Shown piece by piece: positions 1 through 9,471 of a stretch of DNA of 64,000 nucleotides. Location of the stretch: the NCBI GenBank assembly GCA_963789265.1, contig CAWBKB010000001.1:704001-768000 (forward strand), read 5' to 3'. This stretch comes from an uncultured delta proteobacterium (GTDB taxonomy: Bacteria; Desulfobacterota; Desulfomonilia; Desulfomonilales; Desulfomonilaceae). Positions within the stretch are counted from its first letter, which is position 1; each line of letters begins with the position of its first letter. Under the pieces are notes generated by a model. The model searched no databases and was not told the DNA's origin. It saw nothing but the letters and a program-made list of their open reading frames with translations. The position numbers and the translations under genes were made by a program.

Positions 1-363
1 CTGATCATGGCTCATCTTTGCGGCCCCGTCATGTTTTACACTATGGGAATAGTCCTGGGACTGGGTTGGGGCGTAGCCATGCCGGTGTTGAGCGGCCTGA
101 TATTCGACGTCTCTGTGCCGCGATTCCGGGCTCTGAATACCAATTTTGCCATGGAAATGTTTCAATGCGGTTTTTTTGTGGGGCCGCTGGTAGGAGCGTC
201 TATACTGGTCCATTCGGGCTACGGAACATTATTCTACGCTTGCGGCGGTCTCTTGTTTGCCGGTTTGGCCACAGCTCCAGTGCTCTGCAGAAAAAGCGGG
301 ATAACCCCGGAAACCCCAAATGAGGAAGAAATATGGAAACAGAAAAAAGCAAAGAACCGGTAG
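1..363 (+). CDS. MFS transporter, C-terminal part (truncated by window edge)
   Basis: Hydrophobic helices; 'D...PRFRA..T', 'G..VGPLVG' pattern typical of MFS TM10-12. Confidence 0.75.
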   Translation: MIMAHLCGPVMFYTMGIVLGLGWGVAMPVLSGLIFDVSVPRFRALNTNFAMEMFQCGFFVGPLVGASILVHSGYGTLFYACGGLLFAGLATAPVLCRKSGITPETPNEEEIWKQKKAKNR

Positions 364-1374
364 AGCCCGAAAAGCAGTTCGAAGTGGGCTTTTTCCGGCC
401 TTCAGACGCAAAAGGCATCGTGCAGCTATTTCGAGCAGTTTATGGTGACGGGTACCCGATCAAGATCTATTATGATGAAGAAGCGTTAACTGAGGCCAAC
501 GCCAAAGGGCAATACTACTCAATAGTAGCCCGTACGTCATCCGGCGAAGTCATCGGCGTGGAACATTTATTTCGCTCAGCCCCGTACCAACGCCTCTACG
601 AACTCGGTGCGGGCCTGGTGTTGAAAGAGTGGCGAAGACTGAGTGTCAACATGCGCATGCTGCGGTATGTCTTTGAGGAGTGGGTGCCCAAACAAGACAA
701 TATCGAGCAGATTTTCGGTGAAGCGGTTTGCAACCATACGCACCTGCAGAAGGCTGTGCAACAATTTTCCCACATTGAAACCGCTTTGGAAGTCGCTTTG
801 ATGCCGACTGAGGCATACGATAGAGAGCGGAGTGCCGCAGGCCGCGTAGCCGTCCTTTTTGCAACCAGGTGCTACAAGCCCAAGCCGCACACGGTCTATC
901 TGCCTCCTCAGGTACCAGAAGGAATTGCGATCGATTTATTCGCGGCTTGACGACCGCCGCGACCTTGCCGCGGGCGAAAAGAAGATGCCGGGAAATGTGG
1001 CCTCCAAAGGAGAAATGACTGTTTTTGATTTTGCCGGGGTTGCTCGCGTTGCTTTGCATGAGACCGGCCATGATTTCGCTGACTACGTTGGAAATCTCGA
1101 ATCACAGGCCCTGTCTCAAGAAGTCGTGGTTATCCAGGCCTGGCTCAAGTTGAGTTCCCCGTGGAGCGGCTCCGCAGTAGACATCCTCAGAAACAAAGGA
1201 TATTTTCTTGGCGGTGTCTTGCCGCGGTGGTTCGGTGAAGACGGCCTTTTGATGCAGAAAGTCCTGTGCGAGCCGGACTTTGAAGGAATCCAGCTATATT
1301 CTGACCATGCCAAGGAAATCTGCGCGATGGTAAAAGAAGACTGGAAGAGGGTCAAGACGTCGGGCAGTCAGTAA
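333..1374 (+). CDS. GNAT-like acetyltransferase-fold protein, split by an apparent +1 frameshift at ~911
   Basis: ORFs 333-950 and 859-1374 join if one G is removed from cag(g)taccag, giving ...VYLPPQ-YQKELRSIY.... N-terminus has a GNAT-like pattern (RPSDAKGIVQLFRAVYG...ELGAGLVLKEWR). Confidence 0.6.
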
Positions 1375-1393
1375 GTCATACCAGGAGGCGAAT

Positions 1394-1723
1394 GTGCGAA
1401 TCGACGTGAAGAAGGATCAAAATCTCTTGATCGTGTCGGTTGAGGGCAGGATGGACACTGTCTCGGCCCCGGAGTTTCAGCAGAGAATGGAAGAGTTGCT
1501 GGACCGGGAAGGACAGGGGATCCTTATGGATTTTGAAAGACTGGAATACGTCAGCAGCGCGGGTTTGCGGTCCATACTTATCGCGGCCAAGAAGGCCAAG
1601 TCCTTGGGAGGCCAAGTCTCGTGTTGTTCGCTCCAAGACATGGTCAAAAAGGTCTTTGATGTTTCGGGGTTCACCGGCATGCTTCCAGTGTACGATTCAT
1701 TGGAAGATGCTTTGAACCGATGA
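1394..1723 (+). CDS. STAS-domain anti-sigma factor antagonist
   Basis: GRMD..SAP and 'DFERLEYVSSAGLR' phosphoserine motif; RBS ggagg upstream. Confidence 0.92.
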   Translation: MRIDVKKDQNLLIVSVEGRMDTVSAPEFQQRMEELLDREGQGILMDFERLEYVSSAGLRSILIAAKKAKSLGGQVSCCSLQDMVKKVFDVSGFTGMLPVYDSLEDALNR

Positions 1724-1802
1724 ACAGTGCCGGAAAACGACCATCAACACAACATGCAGCCCAATCTCCATCCTGTCATGAAAAGCGTCGGGGTTACGTC
1801 TC

Positions 1803-2774
1803 ATGAAGATTGCAGTGACACTATTCCTGGTGCTTTGCGTATGCCCCATTTCCAATGTGGGTGCTGAAACTTCTCTGAAAAAGGCTTCGTTCGCCCCGCA
1901 ATGGATTCCGCAGGCACAGTTCGCAGGTTATATGGTTGCACTGGACAAGGGATTTTACCGGGATGGCGGGCTGGACCTCACGCTCCTGGTGGGCGGACCG
2001 GGAAAGCCCGCCTTTGCGTCGCTCGATTCCGGCGAAGCGACGTTTTGTACCGACTGGCTTACCAATGGCATCGAAAAAAGGGCCTCCGGCATGCCCGTGG
2101 TCAATCTCGCACAAATCATCCAACGCTCTGCGCTGATATTAATTGCCAAGAAGAAGAGCGGAATAGAGCATCCACAGGACCTTAACGGAAAGAAGGTAGG
2201 TCTCTGGGCAGGGCAGTTTTATCTTCAGCCCAAGGTTTTTTTCGAGAAGTATGGGCTCCACGTAAACATTATCCCTAACTATTCCTCAGTCAGCCTCTTC
2301 CTCAAGGGAGGTGTCGATGCTATGTCAGCGATGTGGTACAACGAATACCACACTATTATAAACAGCGGTTATAATCCTGATGATCTGACCCTCTTTTTCT
2401 TCAGCGACTACGGTCTCAACTTTCCTGAAGACGGAATATATTGCCTGGAAGATACTCTTCGGAAGGACCCCGAGATGTGTAAGGCATTCGTGCAGGCTTC
2501 TCTCAAGGGGTGGCTCTATGCCTTCGCCCATAAGGACGAAGCCTTGAATATAGTCATGAAACATGCACGGGCCGCACACACCGGGACAAACAGGGCGCAT
2601 CAGCGTTGGATGCTCGCGCGTATGCAAGACTTGATCATGCCTAACGGGGATAGGAGTATTTTAGGGAGACTCAACCCTGCGGAATATACCCTAGTGGGCG
2701 ATATATTGAAGCGCTATCACGTTATTGATGAATTGCCGAAGTTCGCAAATTTCTACCGGGGCCTGGAGCATTGA
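1803..2774 (+). CDS. NMT1/THI5-like substrate-binding protein
   Basis: Signal peptide; 'QWIPQAQFAGYMVALDKGFY..GLD', 'PQDLNGKKVG', 'FVQASLKGWLYA'. Confidence 0.88.
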   Translation: MKIAVTLFLVLCVCPISNVGAETSLKKASFAPQWIPQAQFAGYMVALDKGFYRDGGLDLTLLVGGPGKPAFASLDSGEATFCTDWLTNGIEKRASGMPVVNLAQIIQRSALILIAKKKSGIEHPQDLNGKKVGLWAGQFYLQPKVFFEKYGLHVNIIPNYSSVSLFLKGGVDAMSAMWYNEYHTIINSGYNPDDLTLFFFSDYGLNFPEDGIYCLEDTLRKDPEMCKAFVQASLKGWLYAFAHKDEALNIVMKHARAAHTGTNRAHQRWMLARMQDLIMPNGDRSILGRLNPAEYTLVGDILKRYHVIDELPKFANFYRGLEH

Positions 2775-4714
2775 TCAAGCTGCGCAAGAGCATCAGTCTG
2801 AAGATAACCGTGCTGGTGTTGTGCGGCGCCTCAACAGTCTTTGCCCTAGCCCTTGCTTACAGCTATGCATACTCCCGTCGGATGATCCTCGCACAAGCGG
2901 AAAAGAGCGCTACAAGCCTGACTTTGTCGGTTGCACGCAGGATAGAGCAGGAATTTCGCGCGGCGGGCGAGGTACCCAAGGCCCTGGCCGCTGTACTGGA
3001 AACTAGCAATCCGGACAAGGAGACCTTATTGCGCCTCATCCGCCGCATGGTCCGGGAGAGCAGGGAAGTGTACGGATCTACCGCGGCATTCGAGCCGTAT
3101 GCGTTCGATCCGAAGCTTCGCTGGTTCGCACCTTATTACTACAAGGGAAAGGACGAGATCGAGTACGAGCAGCTCGGATCGGAATCGTACGACTATTTTA
3201 CCAAGGACTGGTACCATCTCCCGAAAGTGCTCAGGGCTCCGGTCTGGACCGAGCCGTACTTCGATGAAGGCGGAGGCGGGGTGGTGATGACCACCTGCGC
3301 CCGGCCGTTTTTCGAACAGGGAAAAGACCGCGGCTTCAAGGTGAGAGGTGTTGTCACGGCAGATGTTTCTCTCCAGTGGTTGACCGATCTGGTCTCTACC
3401 GTACATGGAGGCCGGACAGGATACTGTTTCATAATCTCCGACACCGCCGCGTTTGTAACTCATCCCAACCCGAAATTAATAATGTCCGAATCCATGTTCA
3501 GCCTGGCGGAAGAGCGGCACGCGAAAGTGTTGCGTACAGCGGGTTTGGACATGATACGGAAAAAATCGGGCTTTATGAACATCGGTTCCACGCTGACCGG
3601 AGATGAGTCGTACCTGGCTTATGCCCGGATTCCGTCACCGGGCTGGTCTTTGGGAGTGGTCTTCCCGAAAAATGAGCTTTTGGCTCAGATGAACAGCCTG
3701 CACCGGAGGACCGGGCTCCTGGCGGCAGGCGGCCTGATTCTACTCCTGGCGGTAAGCGGACTGGTCGCCCGGTCCATTGCCCGGCCCCTGCGCAGTATGG
3801 CCGCGGCAACTGAACGGGTCGCACGCGGCGATCTGGAGATCGATCTGTCGGACATCCACAGCGAGGATGAGGTCGGCCAACTTGCCCGATCGTTCACGGC
3901 TATGACCGGGGACCTGAAGAAATATATCAAGGACCTTACTGAAACCACCGCGGCCAAACAGAGAATCGAAAGTGAGTTATCCATAGCGGCCCGTATTCAA
4001 AGGAGCATGCTGCCTACGGTTTTCCCTGCCTTTCCGGACAGAGACGAATTCGATATTTATGCGATGATGCGTCCTGCCAAAGAGGTCGGCGGGGACTTCT
4101 ACGATTTCTTCTTTTTGGATGACGACCACTTGTGTGCGGTCATAGGGGATGTATCGGGGAAGGGCGTGCCCGCGGCCCTTTTCATGTCAGTGACCAAATA
4201 CCTGATCGAGGCGGCGTTAGGCATGGGTGAAGCTCCGGATCGAGCATTGGCCAGAGTCAACCGTCACCTGGCGGATAACAACGAATCCTGCATGTTCGTG
4301 ACAATATTCATGGGCATATTGAATGTTAAAACCGGAGATTTTCTTTATGCGAACGCGGGCCACAATCCGCCCTTATTGTGGGATCGGGACCGTGAGCCGA
4401 GCTTCCTCGAGCCTCCCGGAGGGCCGGTGGTGGGCATAATGGACGATGCAGTCTTCGGCATGGACCGATTGAGTTTCAAGCCCGGAACAGTTCTACTGGC
4501 CTATACGGACGGTGTGACAGAGGCATTTAGCGCGGACGGCATCGCTTTCTCGGACAAAAGATTGGTTCTAGCTGCAACCCCGGTACGGGAAAAGTGCGTG
4601 AAAGAGATTACCGACGATCTCGTCAAAGTGATTGATTCCTTTTGCGTGGGTGCTCCTCAGGCCGACGACATAACCATCCTGGCTTTGCGTTGGGAGCGAA
4701 GAGACTTAGAGTAG
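2771..4714 (+). CDS. Cache-HAMP-SpoIIE (PP2C/RsbU-like) membrane phosphatase
   Basis: Two TMs; Cache motif 'WTEPYFDEGGG'; HAMP 'DEVGQLARSF'; PP2C motifs 'EVGGDFYD', 'DVSGKG', 'YTDGVTE', 'DDIT'. Confidence 0.93.
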   Translation: MIKLRKSISLKITVLVLCGASTVFALALAYSYAYSRRMILAQAEKSATSLTLSVARRIEQEFRAAGEVPKALAAVLETSNPDKETLLRLIRRMVRESREVYGSTAAFEPYAFDPKLRWFAPYYYKGKDEIEYEQLGSESYDYFTKDWYHLPKVLRAPVWTEPYFDEGGGGVVMTTCARPFFEQGKDRGFKVRGVVTADVSLQWLTDLVSTVHGGRTGYCFIISDTAAFVTHPNPKLIMSESMFSLAEERHAKVLRTAGLDMIRKKSGFMNIGSTLTGDESYLAYARIPSPGWSLGVVFPKNELLAQMNSLHRRTGLLAAGGLILLLAVSGLVARSIARPLRSMAAATERVARGDLEIDLSDIHSEDEVGQLARSFTAMTGDLKKYIKDLTETTAAKQRIESELSIAARIQRSMLPTVFPAFPDRDEFDIYAMMRPAKEVGGDFYDFFFLDDDHLCAVIGDVSGKGVPAALFMSVTKYLIEAALGMGEAPDRALARVNRHLADNNESCMFVTIFMGILNVKTGDFLYANAGHNPPLLWDRDREPSFLEPPGGPVVGIMDDAVFGMDRLSFKPGTVLLAYTDGVTEAFSADGIAFSDKRLVLAATPVREKCVKEITDDLVKVIDSFCVGAPQADDITILALRWERRDLE

Positions 4715-5020
4715 CCAAAGGCGCACCGCTTCCATAATATGACGGTCAAAGCGTCCCGCGAGACTCCTGATGCGGTCACAAAGCTCTTTGGGCAAGGCAC
4801 AGCGGAAAGTGGTCAGGCCGCCATTGAAGATTTCAGGCCCATTGGCTGCAGGAATCAATTTGGTTTCGTCTATGAGGCGCAGATAGTGCCACAGAGCCAA
4901 AGCTATCTGCTCCTGGCGAGGCACACCCGATTTGTTCAGTTCTGAGTAGTCTGCCTTCCTCACGAGAACAGTGACTATTTCGAAGCTATCAGCCTTATCA
5001 ATCTTACCAGCGTTTATCAA
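4706..5020 (-). CDS. Hypothetical protein, possibly a tandem ribbon-helix-helix
   Basis: TTG start with ggggga RBS; two beta-helix-helix-like units (VTVLVRKADYSEL...IALALWHYL; TFRCALPKELCDRI...IMEAVRLWL). Confidence 0.5.
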   Translation of the reverse strand: MINAGKIDKADSFEIVTVLVRKADYSELNKSGVPRQEQIALALWHYLRLIDETKLIPAANGPEIFNGGLTTFRCALPKELCDRIRSLAGRFDRHIMEAVRLWLL

Positions 5021-5187
5021 TTACCGTCCCCCAATGGCCCCTATTAAGAAATTATGAGAAATGTACTATAAATGAATTATTAATGGAGAGGGGACCTTTT
5101 GTCCAGAGAATTTGATTCTTTTCCGACTGTTTTGCGATACAACAGCCTTGGGAGCGAGGATTTGTCGTCTTTCTTCAGGGCAAGAAT

Positions 5188-5670
5188 TCACCGCAGAGAG
5201 CGCAGAGACCGCGGAGAATTCTGGTTTCGTCGGGCGTCTATCTGATGGAGCCGACTTGTTACGGCACAGGCGCTAAAACAGCATTCATCCGTTGGTCAGC
5301 AGGCTATTGTCCCAGAGGGACATTTTGATAGTAGACCGGTGCTTTCAGCGCCGGGAACGAGCAAAAAAGAGAACCCGTGCGTCCCAGAGGGACGCCTGAA
5401 TGTAATCGTAGAAATCAGCCTTTCAAGCGTCCCTACGGGACGCAGAAGCGGTCATTATTGGTCGCTTTCCCGGCAATGAATTGCGGGGCTGCTCTCACGG
5501 AGGCCCTTTGGGGCTCATAAGGTTGCAAGAGATGCTTCGTTTTAACGCCCACGGCTTATTCTGGTCCGTGATAGTAAAGCATTTTCGGCTCGACTATTCT
5601 CGATTGTGGCTCACATGATGCTTAATAAACTATCTTCTTACTCTGCGTTCTCGGCGCACTCTGCGGTGAA
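5188..5670. repeat. Inverted pair of CACCGCAGAG..CGCAGAG-type repeats enclosing a MITE
   Basis: 5188 ttcaccgcagagagcgcagagaccgcggag versus the reverse complement of 5641-5670 (ttcaccgcagagtgcgccgagaacgcagag). Confidence 0.7.
5265..5553. mobile_element. Degenerate MITE of the CATAGGCGTTAAAA family
   Basis: Ends cacaggcgctaaaac/gttttaacgcccacg; internal cgtccc..gggacg and cccggcaatgaattgc.ggg hairpins shared with 41725-41987. Confidence 0.65.
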
Positions 5671-5895
5671 TCTTGATTGTGCACCGAGGATGGTTTCAAA
5701 CTTGCCGTGCTCTGCTTCCCAAATTTCCCTACGGTCTTTTCTCAGCCCTTGGCTGATATAGAACTTGATGAGAGCTTGATATCCTCCCATTCCTTTTAGC
5801 GGTGCAATTCTTTTCAGATCTTCCAGCACGTCCTCCGGAACTCTGATGGAAATGTGCTTCATTGGCCGATCTTTATGCAGAACAATCTTCTTCAT
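5638..5895 (-). CDS. CopG/BrnA-like RHH antitoxin; C-terminus runs into a repeat
   Basis: 'ISIRVPEDVLEDLKRIAPLKGMGGYQALIKFYISQGLRKD' matches the CopG-antitoxin pattern. Confidence 0.7.
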   Translation of the reverse strand: MKKIVLHKDRPMKHISIRVPEDVLEDLKRIAPLKGMGGYQALIKFYISQGLRKDRREIWEAEHGKFETILGAQSRFTAECAENAE

Positions 5896-6021
5896 AACGT
5901 TCTCTCTCCTCGGGGTAACAGGGTCGAATCCGCTGGTAGCTAATATTGGAGTTCCATCAAGGACAAAGCTCCAGTGCTGTCGAATTAACGCTAATCCCGG
6001 CGGTCACGCCACCGTCGTGAC

Positions 6022-6143
6022 CGTCACCCCGGACTTGATCCGGGGCCCAGTAGTCCCGCATTTTACGGGATTGAAATTCACCGAGTCGCGGGACTGGATT
6101 CCGGCTCTTGCCCCGGATCGATCCGGGGCTGGCCGGAATGACG
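6022..6143. repeat. Palindromic REP-like element (GTCACCCCGG...CTGGATTCCGGC...GCCGGAATGAC)
   Basis: Internal hairpins; the same motif forms the core of the MITEs at 49616 and 53338. Confidence 0.7.
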
Positions 6144-6227
6144 GCAACCGCACGCGGATTACCACAACAGCAAAGAGCATAAGATGTGCAGATCTCGCAG
6201 GACGCCTGAGAACACCATCGCTCGCTG

Positions 6228-6491
6228 CTACGCCCGCCTCAAGGAGCATTCCATGCAGTTGCACTGACGGGAGAAGTCCGCACGACGCCTAGAATGTTCT
6301 GCGATAGAATCAATCTGTTCGTCTGTGAGATCCTCATAAACTCGGGCTGCCAACGCGAGAATCTCGTCAGGTTTCTCTAACGGCTCCACGACCAGACGCA
6401 CCTTTTGTCCCTCTGCAAGCTTCAGATCGAACGGCGCAACAAGGCGAAATCCTCCGTGTTCATAGACGGCTTCGACAGTTTCAGTTGCCAT
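6228..6491 (-). CDS. AF2212/DUF104-like antitoxin
   Basis: 'TVEAVYEHGGFRLV...L.EGQKVRLVV' signature; RBS gagagg. Confidence 0.8.
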   Translation of the reverse strand: MATETVEAVYEHGGFRLVAPFDLKLAEGQKVRLVVEPLEKPDEILALAARVYEDLTDEQIDSIAEHSRRRADFSRQCNCMECSLRRA

Positions 6492-6527
6492 GCGAATGCT
6501 CCTCTCTGCCCTGGCCCACTCTGATCT

Positions 6528-7235
6528 CTACTGAGGCGGCTGCCAGAAGGGTCCGGTCTTCTCGATTTCCTCAAGGATGGTCAGGACCTCATGAAAGTAT
6601 TCTCTGCTGCGGGCAAGCCAGTCGGCATCAAGACGCCTGCGAAAGAATTTCCCCGAGAAAAGCCGGAATAAGTCCTTGAGAGGGATAATTCCTTCAACAT
6701 TAGCCGAATCAAATTGAGACCAATTTCTCACATGCTCTTCCGACCGGAAGAGATTCATAGTGCTTCAGGTGTACGCCCAGTCTTCCATCCATTTCCGCAA
6801 CGGGACTGCAACATAACCGATTATTCCTTCCGGCTCAGTTTTTACAATGGTCCCATCAGACACTTCCACAACTACAGGACCGCCGCAATCTAAACACACA
6901 CTATTAATTTGGACCGTCTTCCCCGGGCACAGCCAGCAAACTGCCAGCGACTCGAATCTTCATTGACCAAACCACTTTTGCCTACCGTCAATGGTGATCC
7001 TATACTGAGTCGGGACATTGCTGAAGGGAGCAAAGGAAGCGATCAGACTGGTATTGGGGTAGAGCCAACAACCAGGGATCTTCAGGTCGATGAGTTCATG
7101 GAGTTTTTGTCGGCCCTCGTCCGGTGACACTCCCAAATCTTTTGCGAGGTCAGTGTAATGGGGTGCGTGACCGGTGTCCATCAACCCCTTCAAGATGATT
7201 CGGAACGTCTTGCCAAGTTGTGCTGGATCACTCAT
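6528..7235 (-). CDS. MerB (alkylmercury lyase)-like selenoprotein with two in-frame UGA (Sec) codons, 235 aa
   Basis: Continuous frame ...PFSNVPTQYRI...KWFGQ-U-RFESLAVCWLCPGKTVQINSVCLDCGGPVVVEV...WAYT-U-STMNLFRSEEHVRNW; TGA at 6960-6962 and 6765-6767, each followed by a hairpin. Confidence 0.85.
6735..6752 (-). promoter_or_regulatory. Putative bacterial SECIS element for the second UGA
   Basis: CUCUUCC-GGUC-GGAAGAG, a perfect 7-bp stem with a G-starting tetraloop, 12 nt after UGA 6765-6767. Confidence 0.8.
6932..6948 (-). promoter_or_regulatory. Putative bacterial SECIS element for the first UGA
   Basis: GCUGGCA-GUU-UGCUGGC, a 7-bp stem (two G-U pairs) with a G-starting loop, 11 nt after UGA 6960-6962. 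Confidence 0.7.
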
Positions 7236-7306
7236 GGGGCACCTCTCGATTCACTTGATTGGCCGATGCCTTTTCTGGGCATCCTCTTATCTTAGAGGGC
7301 GCAACC

Positions 7307-7450
7307 TCAAACCAGCAAGTATTTCCTCATTATCTCTTCGTTTTCCCTCAATTCATCCATGCTGCCCTGAAACCGGATGACGCCATTGTCAATGAGGTAG
7401 CCGCGATCACTCAGGTACAGTGCAACTTTCTGATTCTATTCGGCCACTAC
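7307..7450 (-). pseudogene. C-terminal remnant of a LivF-type ABC ATPase
   Basis: Minus frame reads VVAE*NQKVALYLSDRGYLIDNGVIRFQGSMDELRENEEIMRKYLLV; the 'EQN' glutamine codon is TAG and no Walker motifs lie upstream. Confidence 0.65.
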
Positions 7451-7750
7451 ATCCTACGCGACCATGCCCACGGCCAATTTGAACGCGTCGAGAACATCGT
7501 TTGTGTACGTACTTGCCGGGCGGCTATAAGTGTCAACAATACTGATTTTTATCTCCCCGGCCGCGTAGGCCCGGCCGCCGGCGATCGGCAGCCCTACGAT
7601 GGCCAAAGTTCAGACGATCAAGCTCGCGGTCTATTTCGTGACATGACCTCCATGTCTTGGCGGATTAACTCGCGGAGACTATAACAACAATGTGGGGATT
7701 GCAGAAGCGGTGGATCGTGCCCATTATGATATGGTGAGAAAAAACAGAAT

Positions 7751-8110
7751 ATGCGTGCAAAAAAAGATAAGCCGGTCAAAGCTAAGGAATCCGATTCCAA
7801 CATAAGTTTCTATCCCGCGTGGTGCAAACGGTGCGGAAATTGCGTTGCATTCTGCCCGAAGAAAGCCCTGGAGACAGACGAATGGGGTTATCCCCGCTTG
7901 GCCAGACCTGATAGCTGCATATCCTGTCATCTCTGTGAAAAGCTGTGCCCGGATTTTGCCATCACCGTGGGGGAAAAGGCTCCTTCGAGCGTTGCCAAGC
8001 GTGCATCCTCGGTCCCGTCTCCCGGAACTCACGGTTCGCCGGTAAGCGCTCATCACAGTCCCGAGCGCCTCGCACCGGCTCCGCATGAAGAGGAGGAGGC
8101 CGATGAATAA
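7751..8110 (+). CDS. korD: 2-oxoacid:ferredoxin oxidoreductase delta subunit (2x[4Fe-4S])
   Basis: CKRCGNCVAFCP and CISCHLCEKLCPDFAI; first gene of the kor cluster. Confidence 0.85.
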   Translation: MRAKKDKPVKAKESDSNISFYPAWCKRCGNCVAFCPKKALETDEWGYPRLARPDSCISCHLCEKLCPDFAITVGEKAPSSVAKRASSVPSPGTHGSPVSAHHSPERLAPAPHEEEEADE

Positions 8111-9239
8111 GAACAGGGGCCGCCTCCTCCAGGGAAATGAGGCCATAGCTCGGGGAGCGCTGGCCGCGGGGTGCAACTTCTACGCGGGTTACCCCATAAC
8201 GCCGTCAAGTGAAATCATGGAGCTTATGGGCCTCGAACTACCTGTACGCGGCGATGTTTTCATCCAAATGGAAGATGAGATCGCGTCGATGGGCGCATGC
8301 ATCGGAGCGAGTTTGGCCGGTCGCAAAACGATGACGGCCACGAGTGGTCCGGGATTCTCGTTGATGCAGGAAAACCTCGGTTATGCATGCATGGCGGAGA
8401 TCCCGGTGGTAGTTGTGAACGTGATGCGCTTGGGGCCTTCAACCGGTATGCCCACTAATGCGGCTCAGGGCGATCTGCAACAGGCGCGTTGGGGCACACA
8501 TGGAGACCACCCGGCTATAGTGCTCTGTCCGGCTACGGTATCCGAATGCTTCGATGTTACGGTAACCGCATTCAATCACGCGGAGCGATTCCGCACACCG
8601 GTGATACTACTCGCAGACGAAATGGTGGCGCACACTCGAGAAAAGGTTGTCCTGCCTGAAGCCGACGACATCGAAGTCATCAACCGTCGCCGTCCCACCG
8701 TGCCGCCGGAGTGGTATGTGCCGTACAAAACCGACGGGAGTCTCATTCCGCGGCTGGCGGCCCTGGGGGAGGGGTATCGCTACCATGTAACCGGCCTGAC
8801 CCACGACGAGCGGGGATTCCCAACCAGAAGACAAGACGAAGCCGCCTCATTCTACAAGCGGCTTTTCGCAAAGATCAGCAGTCAATTTGCATATCTGGAA
8901 ATGGTAAAACAGTTTGAGCTTGACGATGCCGAACTGCTGATAATTGCCTACGGATGCGTGGCAAGAGCGGCCCGTGCCGCGGTACGTCTGGGGCGGGAAA
9001 GAGGCATCAAACTCGGATTACTTCAGCTTCTCTCACTGTGGCCTTTTCCTCGTCGCGCGGTCTCCGAGGCTCTTACTGCGAAAAAAGCAGCGGTGGTGGC
9101 CGAGCTGAACTTGGGCCAAATCCGGCGGGAAGTGCTCCGGGTCAACGACGGTCGCACCCGTGTGCTTGGCCTCAACAAGGTTGACGGGACCATGATCACC
9201 CCTGAGGAAATTCTCAATCGCTTGCGAGAGATAAAATGA
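8103..9239 (+). CDS. korA: 2-oxoacid:ferredoxin oxidoreductase alpha subunit
   Basis: GNEAIA, YPITPSSE, QMEDEIAS, TATSGPGFSLMQE. Confidence 0.93.
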   Translation: MNKNRGRLLQGNEAIARGALAAGCNFYAGYPITPSSEIMELMGLELPVRGDVFIQMEDEIASMGACIGASLAGRKTMTATSGPGFSLMQENLGYACMAEIPVVVVNVMRLGPSTGMPTNAAQGDLQQARWGTHGDHPAIVLCPATVSECFDVTVTAFNHAERFRTPVILLADEMVAHTREKVVLPEADDIEVINRRRPTVPPEWYVPYKTDGSLIPRLAALGEGYRYHVTGLTHDERGFPTRRQDEAASFYKRLFAKISSQFAYLEMVKQFELDDAELLIIAYGCVARAARAAVRLGRERGIKLGLLQLLSLWPFPRRAVSEALTAKKAAVVAELNLGQIRREVLRVNDGRTRVLGLNKVDGTMITPEEILNRLREIK

Positions 9240-9269
9240 AAATCGTTGAGCGGGCAGCAGGATTCTAGG

Positions 9270-9459
9270 TCCCGCGAGACGCGGGATACGCTGAGAACGC
9301 AGAGAGGAGGAAACCGCCTGAAGATCGCGCCGGAAGCCAGAAAGATACCCAGTCAGGACAGCATGTCTCCACCGGCCTAGACTCTAACGTGCTGTGCCGA
9401 GCTGAGAGAATTGCAAAGAAAAGAGACTTCTCTGCGCTCTCCGTGATCTCCGCGGTGAA
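9270..9459. repeat. CGCAGAG-family inverted-repeat insertion between korA and korB
   Basis: gctgagaacgcagagag (9291) ... ctctgcgctctccgtgatctccgcggtgaa (9430-9459); same family as 5188/5641. Confidence 0.6.
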
Positions 9460-9471
9460 CGATCATCTAAA

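Noticed and set aside
6528..7235. Nonsense-mutated pseudogene
   Set aside because: Both stops are TGA, both fall at predicted catalytic Cys positions, both have correctly spaced hairpins, and the rest of the frame is intact.
7259..7684. 141-aa plus-strand ORF
   Set aside because: It is the antisense shadow of the LivF remnant; no RBS or recognisable motif.
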